A DNA stretch of 62,238 bases from Thermoplasmatales archaeon (GTDB lineage: Archaea; Thermoplasmatota; E2; DHVEG-1). The stretch is taken from NCBI GenBank assembly GCA_020341795.1, contig CP070836.1:765439-827676 (forward strand), read 5' to 3'. The notes below the pieces were generated by a model. It made no database searches. It was not told where the DNA came from and worked only from the letters and a program-made list of their open reading frames with translations. The translations under genes and the position numbers were made by a program. Below are positions 1-9,151 of the stretch, piece by piece (the first letter of the stretch is position 1; each line of letters opens with the position of its first letter).

Positions 1-64
1 CATTTTTACCATATATTTTATTTTATTTTGTTCAACATTCTCAACCTAAAAGGTTAAATATATT

Positions 65-98
65 TAACATAATGTTATATATAATTAACAATATGTTA
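65..98. promoter_or_regulatory. Two 13-bp palindromes (TAACA-N3-TGTTA) flanking a TATA-like element. Candidate operator/promoter of the membrane-protein/XRE operon.
   Basis: TAACATAATGTTA at 65-77 and TAACAATATGTTA at 86-98, centres 21 bp apart. TATATATAAT lies between them. SD-like AAGGTGAT at 113-120 and ATG at 127. Confidence 0.4.
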
Positions 99-126
99 TA
101 ATATAATAACATAAGGTGATATAAAA

Positions 127-570
127 ATGAAAGATAAATTAACAACTATTATAGGTATAGGAATAGCAGCATGTGTAATATTCACATTTTTATTTTATTT
201 AATAGCAAAAGATGATATTGAACTATTTGACATATTTACAATTTTAATAATAGCAATATTGGTAATCACATCATTATACCTAATATGGGACAGAGTAAAA
301 AATCTAAAAGCAGGACTGACCGTCCAAGATGAAAGATTAAAAGTTGTAGGATACAAAGCAGGATATTACGGTTTCATTGCTGCAATATGGAGTGCTGTAG
401 GTAGTAACCTTGGATATAATCTAATCTTTGATCAAGAATTAAGAGGAGGACTTGTCACCGCATCCGTTGTTTTAGTATCTGGAATTGTATTTATGATTTT
501 ATATATCTACTATTCCAGGAAAGGAACCTTAAATGAAAACAAGAACCAAAGAATTCAGAGCAAGATATGA
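127..570 (+). CDS. Small integral membrane protein of unknown function
   Basis: 147-aa ORF with about four hydrophobic segments and an SD-like AAGGTGAT upstream. Its 3' end overlaps the downstream XRE gene by 38 nt. Confidence 0.6.
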   Translation: MKDKLTTIIGIGIAACVIFTFLFYLIAKDDIELFDIFTILIIAILVITSLYLIWDRVKNLKAGLTVQDERLKVVGYKAGYYGFIAAIWSAVGSNLGYNLIFDQELRGGLVTASVVLVSGIVFMILYIYYSRKGTLNENKNQRIQSKI

Positions 571-727
571 TTTAACTCAAGAAGATCTTGCAAAGAAAAT
601 CAGTGTCAGAAGAGAAACAATTGTATTTCTAGAAAAAGGAAAATATAATCCATCATTAAAACTTGCATATGAAATAGCTAAAGCACTTAAGACAACTATT
701 GATGAATTATTCATCTTTGATGACTAA
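533..727 (+). CDS. XRE/Cro-C1 family helix-turn-helix transcriptional regulator
   Basis: 64 aa. [39 protein letters not shown] is a typical HTH_3 pattern for short XRE regulators paired with a small membrane protein. Confidence 0.85.
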   Translation: MKTRTKEFRARYDLTQEDLAKKISVRRETIVFLEKGKYNPSLKLAYEIAKALKTTIDELFIFDD

Positions 728-2370
728 AATCTCTCTAAAAACAAATTAAATAATGAACTAACTCTATCTAAAAATATGAATGTAATTTTATTTTTTGGTA
801 TTGTTATTGGTAATGGTTCTGACCATTGACTATATTTATTATTTTCATCTTTTGCAATCACGCGAACATAATAGCTTCCTTTCTCTTCCCAGCTATGACT
901 TGCTTCAACTGTGTCTCCTGAGTTATAAGGTCCAAGCCAGCCTGAGTCTAATTCATCACCCCAGTCAAACTTGTAATAAATAAAGTCCTGCTCAGGATCT
1001 ATACTCGATGAAGAATATGTATAAGATTTACCAGGACTCCCTTTCCCAGGTCCAGTAGGTCTAGAAGGTTTTTCAGGAGGTTGAGAACCTTCTGCTATTT
1101 GCAAAGATGGATCTCCAAACAAATGAAACTCTTCTAGTGTTAAAATATCTATTTCATCAAGTGGCTCCTGATAATAATCTCTAAGACCATTCCCCCACAG
1201 TTCTCCTAGAGTTGAATCACCCTGGATATAATTAATTGACATTTCAATACAGAGTTTCTCAATGCCCTTTGTAATAATATCAACTCCACCATATGATATA
1301 TCAATATCTGTTCCACCAAAAAAAGCAATACATCCACCATTTGGATTTGTAACAAAAGTCCAACCAAAACAATCAGGAGCTACATCATAAGTGCAATGAT
1401 AGCAAGCATCCGAGATGACTATGGGTAATTTATAGCCGTTACTAAGTCCCATCAGATTTGAATTATCATAACCATCATTTGGAATCCAATTATTATTCTC
1501 ATGTGGATGAGTAGCCCACATACGAAGATCCCCATGACCATTGAAAAATACAAAACTAGCACCATCATTGATTGCATCATCAATATTAGATGATTGGAGT
1601 AATAATTGATTAGATGCCCATATTTTCACTGGATTAAAATCATCCATTATACCCATTACTTGCTTATTAACATATTCACCTTCATCAACATGTTCACTAT
1701 CACCAAGTAAGGAATCTCCACCAATAAGTACCAAATTTTTAAACCATTCTTGCTCATAAGAAACCTGGTTTTCATAATTGATGATCTTATCAATACAAAC
1801 AAGAACTTCATCCTGGTTTATACAAGGAAGACGTCCTAGATAAACATCAGGTTTAAAATCAAGTTCATCTGTTTCACCGTCCCATTCATATTCTGCAAAA
1901 AGATTATTATTATTTGAATCCCAACTACAGAAATCATTATTTTGATCATATATATCTGCATAATAAAGATCTGATAAAAAATTCCAATATGTTTTGTAAT
2001 CATATTGATAGTAAACATTTGTATATCTACCAGGTAGAAGCTGTGCACCTCCGACTAACATAACATAACGAACGTCCCAGGTTTCAATAGCATATTTTAT
2101 AAAATATTTGATTTGTTCGGGATTGTCACGACCAGTAAATTCATCATAAATTTCTTCTGTTGTTTTAAGGATACTTTTTACATTACGACTGTTTTTATGA
2201 TTTAATAAGGGTTGTAAATCTGATGAAAAAATTTCTGGGGAAATTATTACAAGATCATATTCTTCTATGAATTTTAACATATTTTTTTCATTGTTTACTG
2301 AAAACGCAGATATTTTAAATGAGCTAATTAAAAAAACAATTATCATTATAATTGATAGCGATTTTTTCAT
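724..2370 (-). CDS. Secreted peptidase C25 (gingipain-like, clan CD) with a C-terminal PKD-like domain and a hydrophobic tail
   Basis: N-terminal signal/TM segment. His-Gly (FFNGHGD, H279) and Ala-Cys (ISDACYH, C323) dyad context, plus a FGDPSLQI end-of-domain motif. This is followed by a PPEKPSRP linker and FDWGD...[13 protein letters not shown]...[10 protein letters not shown] (PKD-like). Confidence 0.75.
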   Translation of the reverse strand: MKKSLSIIMIIVFLISSFKISAFSVNNEKNMLKFIEEYDLVIISPEIFSSDLQPLLNHKNSRNVKSILKTTEEIYDEFTGRDNPEQIKYFIKYAIETWDVRYVMLVGGAQLLPGRYTNVYYQYDYKTYWNFLSDLYYADIYDQNNDFCSWDSNNNNLFAEYEWDGETDELDFKPDVYLGRLPCINQDEVLVCIDKIINYENQVSYEQEWFKNLVLIGGDSLLGDSEHVDEGEYVNKQVMGIMDDFNPVKIWASNQLLLQSSNIDDAINDGASFVFFNGHGDLRMWATHPHENNNWIPNDGYDNSNLMGLSNGYKLPIVISDACYHCTYDVAPDCFGWTFVTNPNGGCIAFFGGTDIDISYGGVDIITKGIEKLCIEMSINYIQGDSTLGELWGNGLRDYYQEPLDEIDILTLEEFHLFGDPSLQIAEGSQPPEKPSRPTGPGKGSPGKSYTYSSSSIDPEQDFIYYKFDWGDELDSGWLGPYNSGDTVEASHSWEEKGSYYVRVIAKDENNKYSQWSEPLPITIPKNKITFIFLDRVSSLFNLFLERF

Positions 2371-2429
2371 AACACTACCCCTATATATCAGAGAAATAAC
2401 TTTTTGTATATATTTCTATCTATTCTTAA

Positions 2430-3839
2430 TTATTGATATCCACCGATTTTAAGACTTGGATCCCCTATTAATACCCATTCCAAAACGCTTTTACAGTGAT
2501 ATTTATCCATTAAAACAGGTTGTGATGATACATAGTTTTCAACAGTTTTTGCATGAATATCACCTAGTATATCAATATTTTCTTCAGCATATAACCTGAA
2601 AACTTCTGCAGCTAAAAAACCTCCATATCTTTCAACATCATCAGGGATCTCATTTTGATTATTATCTCCAATTGCAGCATAGCATATATGCGTATTTGTT
2701 AAAACCGATACCGCTCCCGCATCTTTTTTATACATTAGTTTTTCTGCGATGCATTCTTTTCCAATATTTAGAGGGATAGGGTCTTGTTTGTTTACTATCA
2801 TATCGATTTTTAAAATACGAGTTAGAATTTCTTTGATGAATCTAAATGCATTATTAAAAATAGGTTTGGTTTTTGGTTTAGGCATTCCAAACTGTCCATG
2901 TTGACATTCACCTAGTATCATTATAGGATATTGATCCTTATTAGAAAGTTGATCTATTTCATCATTATTTAGAGCAATTATTTCGGTTCCATCAGATCTT
3001 GGTACCCTTATTCTATCTGTTCCACCTTTTGCTCTGGTAAAGAAGAAACCACATCCATTATTTATCGCATCAATAACCTCAGATGAACTGGTAAGTGTAC
3101 CTGTTGAATAATAAAGCTTAGTTATATCAAAACCCTGCATATAACCAGAGACATAATCACAAGTGATTTCGCCTTCATATCCCTCATAATCAGGGAAACT
3201 ATCGCCACCAACATTTACCATTTTATTAAACCAAGATTGACCATATGCATTGTTTTCATATTGTATTATTTTGTCAACACAATTTTCAACTTCGGATGTA
3301 TCCCTACATGGTAGTCGACCAATATTTACATCAGGATTTAAATCAAACTTATCCTTTGGCCACTGGGCAATTATATCATCTCCATTCTTGTCCCAGTCCT
3401 CAAATACTCCTTCATCTTTATATAAATCAGAATAGTAAAGATCGCTAATAAAAAATTTACCTCGACCTGCTCCATCATCAAGTTCTACATGTCTAACTGG
3501 AACATACCAATCATCTTGCTGACCTAATCTTCCACCTATAAGTAAAATATATCTGATACTTAAACTTTCAACAGCGTCTTTTATATAATATTTAATTTGC
3601 TCAGGTTTATCCCGACCATCATATTCTGAGTAAATATCCTCGGTTGTTTTTACTATAGTTTCAATTCCATGAGAATTTTTATGATCAACTAGGGGTTGTA
3701 CATACGAAACAAAAGTATCAGGGGTAATAATTACCATATCATATTGATCATAATTTTCTTCCATAACAGATATAGCACTTGCTCCAATAACACTTATAAC
3801 TAATATTCCTATTATTAAAATGGGTAATATTTTATACAT
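2430..3839 (-). CDS. Peptidase C25-like paralog lacking the catalytic His (possible pseudo-protease)
   Basis: Collinear with the 724-2370 and 57339-58781 proteins (QPLVDHKN, EQIKYYIKDA, LLIGG, GRLPC, IGDPSLKIGGY). The GHG position reads RAKGG (K271, codon 3027-3029). Confidence 0.7.
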   Translation of the reverse strand: MYKILPILIIGILVISVIGASAISVMEENYDQYDMVIITPDTFVSYVQPLVDHKNSHGIETIVKTTEDIYSEYDGRDKPEQIKYYIKDAVESLSIRYILLIGGRLGQQDDWYVPVRHVELDDGAGRGKFFISDLYYSDLYKDEGVFEDWDKNGDDIIAQWPKDKFDLNPDVNIGRLPCRDTSEVENCVDKIIQYENNAYGQSWFNKMVNVGGDSFPDYEGYEGEITCDYVSGYMQGFDITKLYYSTGTLTSSSEVIDAINNGCGFFFTRAKGGTDRIRVPRSDGTEIIALNNDEIDQLSNKDQYPIMILGECQHGQFGMPKPKTKPIFNNAFRFIKEILTRILKIDMIVNKQDPIPLNIGKECIAEKLMYKKDAGAVSVLTNTHICYAAIGDNNQNEIPDDVERYGGFLAAEVFRLYAEENIDILGDIHAKTVENYVSSQPVLMDKYHCKSVLEWVLIGDPSLKIGGYQ

Positions 3840-4066
3840 TATAATTTCCTCATCTTTTTTAATATACTTTAAATATTAAGAATATTTTAAAAATAATACT
3901 TATTATTAATAATTTGAACGAAATCAAAAAAATAAATTATAAAATTGAATTTGTACAAAATATTAATCATAATACTGATTTTTTTATACAATAATTTATT
4001 AATATAATTATGTAATTTAGACCTTTATGACAAATAGTATCTAAAAAAATTCCATGAGGATGTAAG

Positions 4067-4198
4067 ATGAAAATTAAATGTCTCTTAGGATTCCATAAAT
4101 GGGAAAAATATGGGGGACCAAGAAATCTTGGTGGAGGAAATTTCGAACAAAAATTCATATGTAATAAATGTAAAAAAATAAAAAGAGTAACAAGCTAA
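4067..4198 (+). CDS. Unannotated 43-aa Cys/His small protein (zinc-ribbon-like)
   Basis: ATG at 4067 preceded by GAGGA 6 nt upstream. Translation is MKIKCLLGFHKWEKYGGPRNLGGGNFEQKFICNKCKKIKRVTS, with C-x4-H near the N-terminus and CxxC near the C-terminus. It ends 13 nt before the nitroreductase gene. Confidence 0.35.
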   Translation: MKIKCLLGFHKWEKYGGPRNLGGGNFEQKFICNKCKKIKRVTS

Positions 4199-4211
4199 AA
4201 AGTGAAAAAAT

Positions 4212-4730
4212 ATGGAATTAAAACAGACAATTAAAAATCGTTATAGTGCAAGAAGTTATACCAAAAAAAAAATCCCAAAAAAAACAATAAATGAAATCAT
4301 AGAATATGCAAACCTTGCACCATCTGCAGGTAATCTACAGGCAAGAGATTTCATTATAGTTGATGATGAAAATATAAAAAAACAACTAAGTTCTGCAGCT
4401 CTTTATCAGATATTTATTATCCAAGCACCGATCAGCATTATTGTCTGTGCAAACTTAAAACGATCTGTTCCATATGGAAAAAGAGGAATTGAGCTATATA
4501 GTATTCAGGATGCAACAGCTGCAGTTGAACACATATTACTTTTAGCAGTGGACTATGGATTAGACACCTGCTGGGTGGGTGCATTTGATGAAGATTTAGT
4601 ATCAAAAATCCTAGATCTTCCCGCATATATTAGACCTATCGCAATTATCCCAATTGGTTATTCAAATGAATTAAAAAAATCCTCCAAAAGAATTGATACA
4701 GAACATCTAACTCATTATAATAAATGGTAA
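4212..4730 (+). CDS. Nitroreductase family protein
   Basis: RYSARSY, APSAGNLQ and WVGAF motifs typical of FMN nitroreductase/NADH oxidase-like proteins; 172 aa. Confidence 0.85.
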   Translation: MELKQTIKNRYSARSYTKKKIPKKTINEIIEYANLAPSAGNLQARDFIIVDDENIKKQLSSAALYQIFIIQAPISIIVCANLKRSVPYGKRGIELYSIQDATAAVEHILLLAVDYGLDTCWVGAFDEDLVSKILDLPAYIRPIAIIPIGYSNELKKSSKRIDTEHLTHYNKW

Positions 4731-4739
4731 AAAAACAAT

Positions 4740-5444
4740 TCATTCAAAAACATTTAATAAACCTTCATTCCGTAATCTTTTTCTAACCATTGGATAGAGT
4801 TTTATTTCCTCCTCTTCAAACATAATTCTATCTAATCCCAATTCTATAAGTTTTTGAAATAAACGCTGTTTCTTTTCCGTGTTTACTGATACTAATGCTA
4901 TGTTAAAACTAATTTGTTTTTCCTTTAAATATTGTAAAGCCTTAATTTGATACTCAAAACCTACATTAGCACCTGTAAAAAATGAAAATTCTTCAGAGTC
5001 AGCACCCTTTAAACATACTCTTACATGAAGATTTTCAAAATAAGAAAGACAATCAACAAATTGTTCATCAAATCCTAAAAGAATTCCATTTGTCTCCAAT
5101 ATAAACAAATATTTAGATTTGATTTTTTCAAGAAGCTCCACTAGATGTTGTATTCCAATAGTTGGCTCTCCCCCTGATATACGTAACTGGTGATACCCTT
5201 TTTTATCAGCTATGCTTTGAAGTTTTTCTGCAACAACATCAGGTGTGTAAAACTGACCTGTATTATTTGCATTCCAAACACTATTGCTTGACCAGCAAAA
5301 CTTACATCTTAAGTTACAACCTACAGTATCAGCAGTAGAAATTCCACCATAAAAACGGGTTGGTCTGAACCGATAATATTTTTTCAAATTATCTTTAACC
5401 ACGATCTGTTCAGTTTTTTTAGAAAGTTCAATCGGATTATACAT
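4740..5444 (-). CDS. Radical SAM protein
   Basis: CNLRCKFC (CxxxCxxC) cluster motif, followed by GGEPT. Confidence 0.85.
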   Translation of the reverse strand: MYNPIELSKKTEQIVVKDNLKKYYRFRPTRFYGGISTADTVGCNLRCKFCWSSNSVWNANNTGQFYTPDVVAEKLQSIADKKGYHQLRISGGEPTIGIQHLVELLEKIKSKYLFILETNGILLGFDEQFVDCLSYFENLHVRVCLKGADSEEFSFFTGANVGFEYQIKALQYLKEKQISFNIALVSVNTEKKQRLFQKLIELGLDRIMFEEEEIKLYPMVRKRLRNEGLLNVFE

Positions 5445-5775
5445 TTCTTACTCACCCAAAGGGAATCATAATATAAAATATTAATATAATTTGTACCTTA
5501 CTTATTATTAAATATTGTAAATCCATTAAAATTTCTAAAATGAGATAGAGAAATTACAGAAAAGCAAAATCAAAAAATCATTTTAATAAACGTTATAAAT
5601 TAAAACATAAACAAAAAAATAATGATGAAATGAAAAGTGCTAAAAACGATGAGAAAAGACTTAAAAAAAAAGAAACGACTATCAATTGATTGGTTTTTCA
5701 GACCTGAAGGGGATTAATCAAGTTTATATTTATTTCATAGTTAATCTTAAATGATGAAAATATTTTCTCAATATC

Positions 5776-6123
5776 ATGGATGAGAAAGTAGATAAATATA
5801 TAAATAAACAAAAATCACCGCAAAAAGAAATATGTCAAAAATTAAGAAGTATTATTAATAAAACCTATCCTGGAATTACCGAAGAGATGAGAGGAGGAAT
5901 TCCATGTTATGGTTACACAAAAAAAGATCCATGTGGAAAATATTATATAGCTGCACTAAAAGATCATGTAAACCTGGGATTTACACTCAAAGGATTAACA
6001 AAAAAAGACCAAGAACTCCTCGAAGGAACAGGAAAAACTATGAAACATATCAAGGTTTATTCAATAGAAGAAATGGATGAAAAAAAGATAGTTTACTTAA
6101 TCAATTCAATCAAAGAAAAATAA
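5776..6123 (+). CDS. DUF1801/YdhG-like domain protein
   Basis: 115 aa. N-terminal VDKYINKQKSPQKEICQKLRSII and HVNLGF pattern resemble the YdhG-like family. Confidence 0.6.
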   Translation: MDEKVDKYINKQKSPQKEICQKLRSIINKTYPGITEEMRGGIPCYGYTKKDPCGKYYIAALKDHVNLGFTLKGLTKKDQELLEGTGKTMKHIKVYSIEEMDEKKIVYLINSIKEK

Positions 6124-6183
6124 GATTAAATTGTAAATCAAAGGATGATTTTCTAAAATTTGCATAAATATCTGTTTCATTTG

Positions 6184-7725
6184 TTAATTTTTCGGAGTGG
6201 TAAGCGATATATGAATCAAACAATAATCTGAGCTATCATCTACATTTACAATTTTAACATAGCCTGCAAAATCTTTTTCCTGTTCATCTGGTGCAACCAC
6301 TGTAACATCAATTGTTATATATCCACTTTCAGGTGTTAAATCTTCCCCAGAGCTTGGTGAAAAAGTCCATGTTCCCCACTCTGGCCAAGATATAACCTCC
6401 CAATCAATTGATGACTCAGGAGATCCCACATTTCTAATAATAAAATCTCCTATTACTGTTTTACCAGCTGGAACATTAGCCCAATTCAGTAAACCCTCTC
6501 CTACTAACCCTGCATTTTCACTTGTTGGTTTAATATCAACAACTAATCCTTCAAGCACAGTTAATTCATAGGGTAATTCCTCAGGTAGCATATACCATCC
6601 ATCATATGAGCCACCCCAGCCAAAATTGATATGGAAAAAGCCTTCAGTGTCATAACCATCTACAACCATATTATGACCACTTGTCCAAGCATCATTTACA
6701 ACAGCTATATGTGCAGGGAGACCATTTTCAATATTTACCTGAAGTCTTTCATAAACATCTGAACCTTCCTGAAGCAATTCAACATCCTCAAAATTAAAAC
6801 GCTGATATGCTTGATATGCCTGGTTTACTCCAAATGTGCCTGAACCAGTAGGATGATAAACCTGTTTTGCAGCAACTCCACATGCAAAGTTAATAGCAGC
6901 TTTATCATCATCTGTTATTGGTATATCATTTTCATAGTTATATTGCAAAGTATCTAGATATACATTTAACTCTGGAAAAGAAGGAAAATCATATTCCTCA
7001 AAATCATCATCTATTTTATAGATATTCCCAGCATAATTATGAATGTAGTCATCATCATCAGTAAACTTTACATTTTGAGTTGTTCTATGATAATTCAAAA
7101 TCTGAGCCATAGCAACAGCAGGACATCCTGCAACACTTCGATCACTAGTATCTTTGTCAATTGGACAAAAATCCTTATATGGAGAATTTTGACTCCACTG
7201 TGTTTCAAGTAAAGGACCAATAATTGTTGTAGAAATTATTAGCTGATTTCCATAATCAGAGATCAAATATTTTTGCCATTGCTCATAATGATAACTTATT
7301 ATGTCAGTTGAAACCTGGTCAATATGTTCAACACGACTTGAAATATCGGCTTTTAACAACTGTAGCAGTACATTATCATCTGATATTATTCCAAAATCGT
7401 TACTAAATGAAAATGCAATAATGGGAGGAAGACTAATATGACCAGATACAACAATATAGCCTTTAGGAGTTAGCTTAAATATATACATCAAAGCAAAGTT
7501 ATTATCATTTTTAATATCAAATGAATCAATTATAAAAAATTCTTCTATTTCAATTGTTGAAATTTTTACTTCTGCAACCTTCTGAGCATCTTCAAAGCTA
7601 ATAAAACTATTATCATAATGTGTGTTTGAAATATTTTGCCCAGAAATTACTAGAATTAAACTTGCTGCAAATAATCCAAGTGCAACAAATATAGCGATTA
7701 ATCTTTTTGATTTACGATTTTCCAA
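6184..7725 (-). CDS. Secreted peptidase C10 (streptopain/SpeB-like) with N-terminal pro-region and C-terminal beta-sandwich-like domain
   Basis: Signal/TM at the N-terminus. TQWSQNSPY...VAGCPAVAMAQILNYH gives the catalytic Cys context and GHNMVVDGY...FHINFGWGG the catalytic His context. Confidence 0.75.
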   Translation of the reverse strand: MENRKSKRLIAIFVALGLFAASLILVISGQNISNTHYDNSFISFEDAQKVAEVKISTIEIEEFFIIDSFDIKNDNNFALMYIFKLTPKGYIVVSGHISLPPIIAFSFSNDFGIISDDNVLLQLLKADISSRVEHIDQVSTDIISYHYEQWQKYLISDYGNQLIISTTIIGPLLETQWSQNSPYKDFCPIDKDTSDRSVAGCPAVAMAQILNYHRTTQNVKFTDDDDYIHNYAGNIYKIDDDFEEYDFPSFPELNVYLDTLQYNYENDIPITDDDKAAINFACGVAAKQVYHPTGSGTFGVNQAYQAYQRFNFEDVELLQEGSDVYERLQVNIENGLPAHIAVVNDAWTSGHNMVVDGYDTEGFFHINFGWGGSYDGWYMLPEELPYELTVLEGLVVDIKPTSENAGLVGEGLLNWANVPAGKTVIGDFIIRNVGSPESSIDWEVISWPEWGTWTFSPSSGEDLTPESGYITIDVTVVAPDEQEKDFAGYVKIVNVDDSSDYCLIHISLTTPKN

Positions 7726-7891
7726 GATATCAGTCCCAACAAAAACAATATCATATTTTAGATATAAATCTATCTATATTTATAATCTATTTGTTTATTT
7801 TTTTAAAAATTTTGTCAATTTAATAATATAAATATATTAGGACATTGTTTATTTAGAGTAAACATCAAATTATCAAAATGGTGAGTGAAAG

Positions 7892-9139
7892 ATGAAAGTT
7901 GATATTCCATATGGAGAAAAAAATATCAAAGTAGATATACCAGAACCTAACGAGATTCTGGTTCCAAAAAAAGTATCTGTTGAAGATGAGGATAAATTAA
8001 TAGAAGAGGCACTTGAAAATCCAATTGGTTTTGAATCATATGACGAATTTGCAAATGATACAGAAAAACTACTTGTAATCATAAATGATGCAACTAGACC
8101 TACTCCTACTTCAAAAATACTCAAATATCTACTACCAGTATTGTCATCTCATCCTGATGTTAAATTTCTAATTGCAACGGGTGTACATCGAGCACCAACT
8201 GAGGAAGAATATCGATATATTTACGGTGATACCTATGAAGTATTCCGAAGAAAAGTATATGCTCATGACGCTCGAAAAGATGAGGATATGGAATACCTTG
8301 GAAAATCAAAAAATGGAACTGAAATGTATATTAACAAGCTTGTTCCAGAGTATAAAAATATCCTTGTAATCGGTAGTGTGGAACCCCATTATTTTGCTGG
8401 ATACACAGGTGGTCGTAAATCATTTCTTCCTGGTGTTGCCTCCTATAAAACAATCGAAATGAACCATAAACTTGCACTAAGCGATGAGGCATGCTCTCTA
8501 GCTCTTGATGGAAATCCTGTAAACGATGATATGGTCGATGCAATGAACGTTTTAAAAGATATAAATGTATTTTCAATTCAAACAGTACTTACAGGAGATC
8601 ACAAGTTATTTGCAGTTACAGCAGGTGATTTACATAAATCGTTTGATGCAGCAATCAATTATTCAAAAAAGATATTTTGTGTACCATTAAAAGAAAAAGG
8701 AAATATAGTAATTTCTGCAGCACCATATCCTATGGATATAGATCTTTACCAATCTCAAAAAGCACTGGATAATGGTAAACTTGCACTAAAAGATGATGGA
8801 ATAATCATCCTTATATCAAAATGTCGAACAGGAGTCGGTGAAGATGCTTTTCTTGATTTACTTGGAAAAGCAAATTCCTGTAAAGATGTATTAAATATTC
8901 TAGACGAGGAATATAAATTAGGTTATCATAAAGCTGCAAAAATGGCTCAAATTGGGATTAAAAATGAAATATGGGCTGTTACTGATCTAGATGATAAAAT
9001 CGTAAAAAAAGCACTAATGAAACCTTATAAAACTATTCAAACTGCAATTAATGATGCAGTAAACAAAATAATAGAAAGAGGCATCACACCAAGAGTTATT
9101 GTGATGCCATTTGGAAGTCTTACTATCCCATTAGTTTAA
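7892..9139 (+). CDS. larA: LarA-family nickel-pincer-dependent 2-hydroxyacid racemase (lactate racemase-like)
   Basis: 415 aa. DATRPTP, ATGVHR, EPHYFAGYTGGRKS and LYQSQKA motifs are typical of the LarA/DUF2088 family. Confidence 0.8.
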   Translation: MKVDIPYGEKNIKVDIPEPNEILVPKKVSVEDEDKLIEEALENPIGFESYDEFANDTEKLLVIINDATRPTPTSKILKYLLPVLSSHPDVKFLIATGVHRAPTEEEYRYIYGDTYEVFRRKVYAHDARKDEDMEYLGKSKNGTEMYINKLVPEYKNILVIGSVEPHYFAGYTGGRKSFLPGVASYKTIEMNHKLALSDEACSLALDGNPVNDDMVDAMNVLKDINVFSIQTVLTGDHKLFAVTAGDLHKSFDAAINYSKKIFCVPLKEKGNIVISAAPYPMDIDLYQSQKALDNGKLALKDDGIIILISKCRTGVGEDAFLDLLGKANSCKDVLNILDEEYKLGYHKAAKMAQIGIKNEIWAVTDLDDKIVKKALMKPYKTIQTAINDAVNKIIERGITPRVIVMPFGSLTIPLV

Positions 9140-9151
9140 ACAAATAAAGTA

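Noticed and set aside
3967-4158. 63-aa minus-strand ORF in the intergenic region upstream of the nitroreductase gene.
   Set aside because: It has no SD and an odd composition. It is antisense to a plus-strand small ORF that has a good SD and a Cys/His pattern.
5622-5707. Possible C/D-box sRNA in the 330-bp intergenic region (ATGATGA at 5622-5628, CTGA at 5704-5707).
   Set aside because: The boxes are about 80 nt apart, longer than typical archaeal C/D sRNAs. I could not find convincing internal D'/C' boxes or a terminal stem. Such short motifs are expected by chance in AT-rich DNA.
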